Shown piece by piece: positions 55,922-64,000 of a DNA stretch of 64,000 nt. The DNA is taken from contig JBHGNT010000018.1 in assembly GCA_043228905.1 (NCBI GenBank), positions 372,001-436,000 on the forward strand. Reading direction: 5' to 3'. A program made the translations under genes and the position numbers. The stretch is from Azolla caroliniana (taxonomy: Eukaryota; Plantae; Polypodiophyta). Each line of letters begins with the position of its first letter. Positions within the stretch are counted from its first letter, which is position 1. Under the pieces are notes generated by a model. It did not search any database, had not been told where the DNA came from, and worked only from the letters and a program-made list of their open reading frames with translations.

Positions 55922-58900
55922 TGATGAACACAGTGCTCGGCCACCACCGAGGAATAGGATCAACTCACAGAAAAACAGGAAATACAAAATGCACGAAGAC
56001 AATAGAGAGAAGAGTACATAGGATGTTTTACGTGGAAAACCCTAAATGGGAAAAACCACGGGAGTCCTCAAACTCCAACTATCACTATAAACAGAGATGT
56101 ACAATGGTGAAGCTACAAGGCAACAACCTTGAGCTCACTGTCTTCGCCACAGGCGGCGGTAATACACAGAGGCAACGACCTCTTCGTCTCTCTCTCTCTC
56201 TCTCTCTCTCTCGCTCTCTCTCGGCTACTCACTTAGCTCCCTCTAAGTGGAAAACCAGAAAAATGAGCAACAACAACAAAACTGTTTGCCCTAAGTCATA
56301 TTTATACACATATGACTTTCGGGCTATTTACAAATATAGCCTCAAGGGCCCTTGGCAAACATATTCACAAATATGTCCCCGCATCCGGATCTCTCTCTCC
56401 GGGTACATTCGTCATCCGGCTCCGTAGCCGGGGTCTTCATCATCCGGATCCGGAACCGGGTCTACATCATCCGGTTCCGATACCGGGTACTCCTCATTCG
56501 GGTCTTCAGTCCCGATTCCCGGACATCTGACTATCCCATCCGGAGGGACCGTAATCCCAACAAACTCCCCCTTCACTTCGGCATGGGATGTCTTTCCAGT
56601 CCGACCCTCTTCCGGCACGCTTCCAGCTTGTCGGGTGTGAGCACTTTGGTCAGCATATCTGACCCGTTCTCGTCCGTGTGGATCTTCGTCAGCACGAACT
56701 CCTGGTCTTCTATCCTTTCCCGGATCCAGTGATATCTTCGCTGGATGTGCTTCGTCCGGGAGTGATAGGCCGCATTCTTCGCAAGGTGGATGGTACTCTG
56801 ACTGTCGCAGTAGAGTCGGTACTCCTCCTGCCGGATACCGAGCTCTCTAATGAAGTCCTTCATCCATATTATTTCCTTGCCGGCTTCAACAGCCGCCATG
56901 TACTCCGCCTCCGTGGTTGACAACGCAACCGTCTTCTGCAGCCTCGACTGCCACGAAACAGCTCCCCCTGCATACGTCATCACATACCCTGATGTGGACC
57001 GGCTGGTATCTGCATCAGCCGACATATCCGAATCGGTAAAGCCGTCGAGTTCGGGCTTACCGGAGCCGAATCGGAGGCACACGTTTGCCGTTCCCTTCAG
57101 GTATCAGAGTATCCACTTGACCGCGTTCCAGTGCTCTTTGCCGGGATTGCTCATGTACCGGCTCACCACTCCGACTGCATATCCTATGTCCGGTCTTGTA
57201 CACACCATTGCGTACATCAGGCTTCCGACGGCAGAGGCATATGGTACTTTCATCATGTCCTCCTTCTCAGCCTTTGTCTTGGGGCTTTGCTTGCTGGACA
57301 ACTTGCAGTTTGCCGGGAGGGTTGACCCGACCGGTCTTGCTTCCGACATGTTGAACCGGTGAAGCACCTTTGTCACGTACTTCTCCTGTGACAGCCACAA
57401 CTGCTTCTTCTTCCGGTCCCGGATGATGTGCATCCCTAGTATTTGCCTCGCCGGACCCAGGTCCTTCATTGAGAAGGTTCGGTGAAGCGCTTTCTTCAGC
57501 ATCCGTATCTTGACCTGGTCCCGTCCGACGATCAACATGTCGTCCACGTACAGGAGGAGTATTAGAAAGTCTCCTCCTTCGAACTTCTTCACAAACACGC
57601 AGTGATCGGACTGCGTTTTGTGGTACCCTTCGTCGGTCATGAAAGAGTCGAACTTCCGGTACCATTGCCGGGGAGCCTGCTTCAGTCCGTAAAGGCTCTT
57701 CTTCAACCGGCATACCAGGTGCTCCTTCCCTTTCTTCTCGAATCCTTCCGGTTGCTGCATGTAGATCTCTTCTTCGAGGTCACTGTGAAGGAATGCCGTC
57801 TTCACGTCCATCTATTCTACCTCGAGGTCCATGCTTGCCGCTATGCTCAGCACCGTCCGGATGGAGGTCATCTTCACTACCGGGGCAAATATCTCGTCGA
57901 AGTCGACGCCCTTCTTCTGCTGGAACCCCTTCACCACGATCCTGGCTTTGTATCTCGGGGGGTTTCCAGCATCTCCCGGTTTCAGCTTGAACACCCACTT
58001 GTTTCGAAGTGCCCGCTTTCCTTTCGGCAACTCCACAAGTTCATATGTGTGGTTCTCATGCAGGGAATCCATCTCCTCCTGCATGGCACTTAACCACCTG
58101 CGGCTATGGGTGTCAAGCTTTGCTTCTTCAAAACTCTCCGGCTCCCCCTCGTCGGTTAGCAGCACGTGCTCTGGTTCCGGAAATCTCCGGGGGGCCCTTC
58201 TCTCTCTTAGAGGATATCTCCGTTCCGGAGCTGCGGTAACCGGCTCCTCCGTTTCCTCTTCATCCGAATCCATTTCGGGATCGGGGCCGGTTCCGGTATC
58301 AGTTTCATCTTCCTCGGCCGGTTCTGTTTCTTCACCGTCTTCGGCCGGATCCTCGAGTGCTAACCGGTCCACAGCCGGTCGGGACTGCTCCTCGTAGAGT
58401 TGATTCTCACCGGTCGACTTGGAGCTCTTCATCTTCTTCTCCGACTCCTAGTCGGCGAGTGTCTTGTCCTCCATGAAGATGATATCTCGACTCCTGAATA
58501 TATTTTTGTCGACCGGGTCCCATACTCGGTAGCCGAACTCGTCATCGCCGTAACCGAGGAATATGCATGGCCGGGTCTTTGGATCTAGCTTTCCTCTCCG
58601 GTCCTTTGCCACATGCACATATGCGAGACACCCGAATACCTTCAGATGCCGGTAGGATACTTCCCTACCGGTCCACACTCTCTGCGGCGTGTCTCCGTCC
58701 AAAGGTACTGAGGGTGATCTGTTTATCACGTATGTCGCCGTCGACATTGCCTCAGCCCAAAACCCCTTGGGTAATTTCGCATGCGCCAGCATACTCCGGA
58801 CCCTCTCCATTATGGTCCGGTTCATCCTCTCGGCCAGCCCGTTCAGTTCCGGCGTCTTCGGCACAGTAAACTCGAGCCGGATTCCCTTCGAGCGACAGTA

Positions 58901-61316
58901 CTCCTTGAACTGCCCCCGGTATTCCCCTCTGTTATCCGCTCGTATCGCTTTCAGCTTCTTGCCGGATTCCCTTTCCACTCTCGCGTGGAGTTCTTTGAAG
59001 ACGCACAACACTTGGTCCTTTGTCTTCAACGGTGCCGTCCACAGCTTTCGGCTGTGGTCATCAATGAATGTCACGAAGTACTGGGCTCCGCCATGTGACT
59101 TCGTTTCTACTTGACACACGTCAGTGTGCACCAACTCCAATGGTGCGTTGCGTCTCGTCGGTGGCCTTGAGTGGAAGGAGGTTCGGTTCTGCTTACCGGC
59201 CAGGCAATCGGTGCACTTCTCTAGGTGCACGTGCTTCACTGGAATAAGGTTGTCTTTTGCAAGCCTCTTCATCCCCTTCTCACTCATGTGGCACAGTCTC
59301 TTGTGCCACAGCTCACCGGTAGTGTCAGCTGCCACGTTCAGCTCCTTCGGACATAGCCGAGAATTCATCAGGTACAGTGTGTTGACCTTCTGGGCCCGAG
59401 CCACTATCAGGCTCCCTTTGCTGAACTTCATGACACCGTTCCGGATGCTACCCGTGTAGCCTTCATCGTCTAGCCTCCCGGCCGAAATCAGGTTCAATCG
59501 AACCTCCGGAACGTGTCGAACATCCTTCAGCAACATCTTGCATCCGGTTGATGTCATCAGCCACACGTCTCCTATGCCGGCAATCCGGCATGTACCTTCA
59601 TTTCCCATCTGGACACAGCCGTGCTCATCGGCTGTGTAGGATGAGAAGTATTTCTTCTCCGGGGTCAGGTGGAACGACGCTCCGGAATCGACCACCCAGG
59701 TCATCTCTTCACCGGCAAGGTTCAGCTCCCTCTCTTCGGTAATGAGCATTATCTCTTCTTCACTTGCCGCGAGTGCCGTCGTTCCTTTCCGGTCCTGCCC
59801 TCGCCGATCCGGACCTCTCCGGTCCGTGGCTCCCCGGTATGCACCGTTTCGCTCCGGTGACTTCTTCGAATCGGTACCGTCGTTTCCGTTGTCTTTCCGG
59901 AAATGCCGACAGTTCTTCTGGAAGTGCCCCGGCTTCCCACAGTAGAAGCATGTAGGTCTTCCCCTCGACTGCGACCGTGTCCCCGACTTCTCCCGTCTTT
60001 GCGGACTCCGGTTCCGTTGTCTTCCCCGTTCCGATTCGGTAAGCAGCGCCTTCGAGTCGGAGGCCGGTTCTTTATCTCTCCGACGCGCTTCTTCATTTAG
60101 AATACTTGTCTTTACCGTTAGTAAAGACAAGTTCTCTTCCTTACAGGAGGTGCTGAGAGTAACTACCAAGTTCTCCCAGCTCTCCGGAAGGGTACACATC
60201 AGCATGATGGCTTGCATTGCGTCATCCAACGGGAACTTGATCGCCGCAAGCTGGTTCACGAATCCCATGAACGTGCTGACGTGTTCGACCATGCTCTCGC
60301 CGTCCCCGTACTTAAGATTCACTATCTTCCTCATCAGGGAGGTCCGGGTCAGAGCATTCTTCCTCTCATACAGTCCGGACAGCTTCTGCCACATCTCATA
60401 GGCGTTCGTATCGTTCGCCACATGTTGCAGAACACTTACATCGACATATTGCCGGATCGTCGCTACGGCTTTCCGGTTCAGGAGCTTCCACTCCGACTCT
60501 ATTACCCCCTTGGGTATCTCGGCATTGTCGATCGATTCGTACAGGTCTCGGACGATGAGAAGGTCTTCCATCTTTATCTTCCAGTCGGCGTAGTTCTGTG
60601 AGTTCAACACCATCATGCCCGGAGGCCCACTACCGCCGCCTTCCATTTTCTGTGTTACCGTCGCTCTGATACCACTTTGATGAACACAGTGCTCGGCCAC
60701 CACCGAGGAATAGGATCAACTCACAGAAAAACAGGAAATACAAAATGCACGAAGACAATAGAGAGAAGAGTACACAGGATGTTTTACGTGGAAAACCCTA
60801 AATGGGAAAAACCACGGGAGTCCTCAAACTCCAACTATCACTATAAACAGAGATGTACAATGGTGAAGCTACAAGGCAACAACCTTGAGCTCACTGTCTT
60901 CGCCACAGGCGGCGGTAATACACAGAGGCAACGACCTCTTCGTCTCTCTCTCTCTCTCTCTCTCTCGCTCTCTCTCGGCTGCTCACTTAGCTCCCTCTAA
61001 GTGGAAAACCAGAAAAATGAGCAACAACAACAAAACTGTTTGCCCTAAGTCATATTTATACACATATGACTTTCGGGCTATTTACAAATATAGCCTCAAG
61101 GGCCCTTGGCAAACATATTCACAAATATGTCCCCGCATCCGGATCTCTCTCTCCGGGTACATTCGTCATCCGGCTCCGTAGCCGGGGTCTTCATCATCCG
61201 GATTCGGAACCGGGTCTACATCATCCGGTTCCGATACCGGGTACTCCTCATTCGGGTCTTCAGTCCCGATTCCCGGACATCTGACTATCCCATCCGGAGG
61301 GACCGTAATCCCAACA
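55922..61316 (-). mobile_element. Full-length young Ty1/copia LTR retrotransposon (Tnt1/Tork-like)
   Basis: LTRs at 55922-56562 and 60678-61316 (TG...CA) differ by 3 substitutions and one TC unit. TSD CGAGC at 55917-55921 and 61317-61321. tRNA-Met PBS TGGTATCAGAGC at 60663-60674. PPT AGGGGGAG adjoins the 3' LTR. Domain order is gag-PR-IN-RT-RH. Confidence 0.98.
56573..60646 (-). pseudogene. Copia gag-pol polyprotein, single frame, interrupted by three nonsense codons (58448, 57812, 57104)
   Basis: Zinc knuckle CFYCGKPGHFQKNC, protease WVVDSGAS, integrase LWHKRLCH / LVHTDVC / LNGLAERMNRT, RT MDVKTAFL / YVDDML, RNase H STTEAEY / SDMLTK. All four sub-ORFs are in one frame. Confidence 0.93.
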
Positions 61317-61849
61317 CGAGCAAACGAAAAACTAACCTCTCATGGGCATACCCAAGAAACTTAAGCCATAGGGACTGGAATCTAATTATTGTACTTTTGT
61401 GTAGAATGGTCAACTTTTTAAGCCAGAACCAATGATCAAATCATATGGTACCGCACATTCTTTTTGTAAAAAAACTTAATTCCTCTATTTTTAGAAAAAA
61501 AAATCCACGTTAACACAACCTCTGTATTTTCAAGAAGTATAGTTTATTGTCGCATGTCGGTTCTATATTATTAGGAAATGGAGAGCTTTTGCTCACATAC
61601 AGGTACTTCAAAGGGGTTCTCCTCTTAGTTTATCTTACATAAAAAAATAAATTGGATGTTAATTAATTTGTCTTGCTAATCAAAATTGTATTATTTAATG
61701 GTGCTTTGTTTGTCTTGTTAGAATCCACTCTCATTCTCACCCTTTAATTTGATATTCCACTCGTTTTAATATCATATTCATTTGACGTTTCTAACATGTT
61801 AATTAAAAGGAAGTTCATGAGATTTTTTGAGAATGGACTACACATGTTG

Positions 61850-64000
61850 TTGCCTTGCTTCATTATCTTTATGGTCATATGAATTCTGATGGTCATTCTG
61901 GGAAGATTGCTTGATCATGCTTATATGAAGAGGTGGTTCATTTAGGTAGTATTTAGAATATCGTAATGTGCATCGAGAGAAAATACCTTACTAAGGTGTG
62001 TTCAAGAGTTTCGAGGCTAATGCTTTGGGAGGACGTGATTATGAATTAATCATTGCACCTTGTGATAAACAAATAATGCATCCTTATTTATACTTATCCC
62101 AACTAAAGCTAGTCATTGATGAGATCATGAAGATATAATATTATAGCACAATTGCGTGGACTTTGTGAAAATTCTCATGATTGATGTTGCGAGCAAATAT
62201 GGCTCATAATTTTAGAACAACACAAATGCTAGACTTTACAGAAGTTCTAATGATGGATGTTGCAAGCAAACATGTCTCATAATTTTAGAATTTCATTAAC
62301 GCAACAATTACAAAACATAACATTGATACAAAGTCACTTACCTTTACAAACCAAGCAACAAATTTGGGTTATTGGTGTGTAGGGGGTTGAACACCATCGT
62401 TACAAAGAGACGACTAAACTCTTTTATGATTGCTATGTTCAGTCTCTTCAATGACTATCATCTAAGGTTGAAGAAGACACAAAAGTACATTAACTTTGAT
62501 TATGGCTAGTGGCAAATCTTAAGATGTTGTCGACATTCTAGATTGGAGAGTTTTGATTGGGAGTTTTCTATTGGGATTAGCTCTAATGTGATGTGGACTA
62601 ACAACAATCAATTACTTATTTTGCAACGTCCAAGTGAAAGATAGTATACACCGTTTCATACAATTTGTGATTGCTTATATGATTTGGAGTTACATTTCTC
62701 AAATTTGGCAAGTTTTGTCATGGTGTTATTTGACACCAAGGCAATGGGTGTTTGCACAATTCAACAGGGTGACCCAAAATCAAATATGGAGATCATTGTG
62801 ACAGGAACTACACGCTCCCTATGCGCAATGCTCGGCCACAACCGAGCTTAGAATCATACACAGAAAACGGGAATGAATGCACGACACAGTGAAGAGAAGA
62901 GTACACAAGATGTTTACGTGGAAAACCCAAACTCGGGAAAAACCACGGCAGCCCACAGACCGCAAACTATCACTATATCAGAATGTACAATAGGAAAGCA
63001 CCGAGGCCACGACCTCAAGCTTGCTATCTTCGTCACAGGCGGCGGTTACAACAGAGGCAACGACCTCTTCCTCTCTCTCACTCTCTCAGTACACTGTTAC
63101 GCGATCTAATCTTGCGCAAAACAAGAATGACAACAACTTCTTCTTCTAAGTTTGCCCTAAGTCATATTTATACTAATATGACTTTTCGGCTATTTACAAA
63201 TATAGCCCCGATGGACTCTCGGAAAACATATTTACGAATATGTCCCTTCATCCGGTGAGCACTCCTCACCGGGCTTGCATCATCCGGCGCTTGTCGGGTA
63301 CTCGTCATCCGGTTCTCACCGGGTCTTCCGTAGCCGGGTACTCCACATCCGGTTCTCATTGGGTCTTCACCATCCGGCTCTTGCCGGGTACTCGTCATCC
63401 GGTTCTCACCGGGTCTTCCGTTTCCGGGTACTCCACATCCGGTTCTCACCGGCTCCTCCGTAACCGGGTACACCACATCCGGTTTCGGCCTCGGCCGAGT
63501 TTGCTCATCAGGACTGTTCTTCTCATTTCCCATCCGGAGGGACCTGTTTCCTAACACATTGTCCTATTTATGAGATACTGGGGATTACATCACAATTGGG
63601 ATATACATAATGTTTTTGTATTTGATGGTAGACATGGAATCAAAGCATATTGTATACGAAAGTTGAAGGGAGTACTGATGTGTGACAAATTTCTTTATTG
63701 GAGCAAGTTGAATTGCCTATTGGCAAGTCGACATATTCTATAACCTGTGTAGTGGTGAGCATACTCAATTGTGGTACCATTGTAGTGTTTTTCATGTACA
63801 TTTATTACTATAATTGGGTGTTCTCCATATGTACAAAAGCCCAACTAAAGGAAGATAGACTTACTCTTGTTAGAGACATCCACACTAAACTGATACACCT
63901 CCAAACCATCATTGCCATCGGGCATGAAATAAATCGATGCCTCATTTTCAAATTATTTTTGAGTTCTTGAGGTATTGGGGGCTATGGTTCAATTGGAATA
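61850..64000 (+). mobile_element. Possible degraded hAT-type transposase remnant interrupted by the solo LTR
   Basis: Broken translations (for example WVFSICTKAQLKEDRLTL...TKL at ~63815-63890) loosely resemble hAT transposase core segments. Many stops; boundaries are uncertain. Confidence 0.25.
62799..63556 (-). mobile_element. Solo LTR related to the young copia family, 758 bp
   Basis: TG...CA termini and TSD CATTG at 62794-62798 and 63557-63561. Shares TACGTGGAAAACCC, CACAGGCGGCGGT, AGAGGCAACGACCTCTTC and CCCATCCGGAGGGACC with the 55922-61316 LTRs. No PBS or PPT adjacent. Confidence 0.93.

Noticed and set aside
57104-58450. Programmed stop-codon readthrough in the copia pol
   Set aside because: The three stops fall at positions normally occupied by conserved W, Q and R residues, not at a gag-pol junction. 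Point mutation explains them better.
56678-60601. Many long + strand ORFs within the copia
   Set aside because: They are antisense shadows of a GC-rich coding frame and show no recognisable domains.
60647-60703. N-terminal MVAEHCVHQSGIRA of the 751-aa ORF
   Set aside because: It runs through the LTR and PBS. The likely gag start is the ATG at 60646.

Overview
This is eukaryotic, AT-rich land-plant nuclear DNA with GT-AG introns, (CT)n/(GA)n-rich UTRs and plant-type transposons. Four intact spliced genes could be modelled: a U-box-less ARM-repeat protein (+), cytosolic NDPK1 (+), 60S ribosomal protein L18/eL18 (-) and an AVT1-like amino-acid transporter (-). There is also a probable small-protein gene and an NDPK1 pseudogene in a tandem duplication. 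Mobile DNA includes a young, structurally complete Ty1/copia element (LTRs differ by 3 substitutions, CGAGC target-site duplication) with three nonsense codons, and a related solo LTR. An older degenerate copia, an internally deleted copia, a Mutator-type foldback MITE inside a LINE 3' end, and fainter DNA-transposon remnants are also present. I found no convincing evidence of a new multi-gene system, CRISPR array or RNA gene. The best leads are a CG/CHG-biased mutation pattern and CCGG richness in the young copia, three conserved palindromes around its TATA box, and a TTAC-N5-TACCCC motif shared by the Mutator TIR and host promoters. All comparisons were made by eye; no database searches were run.
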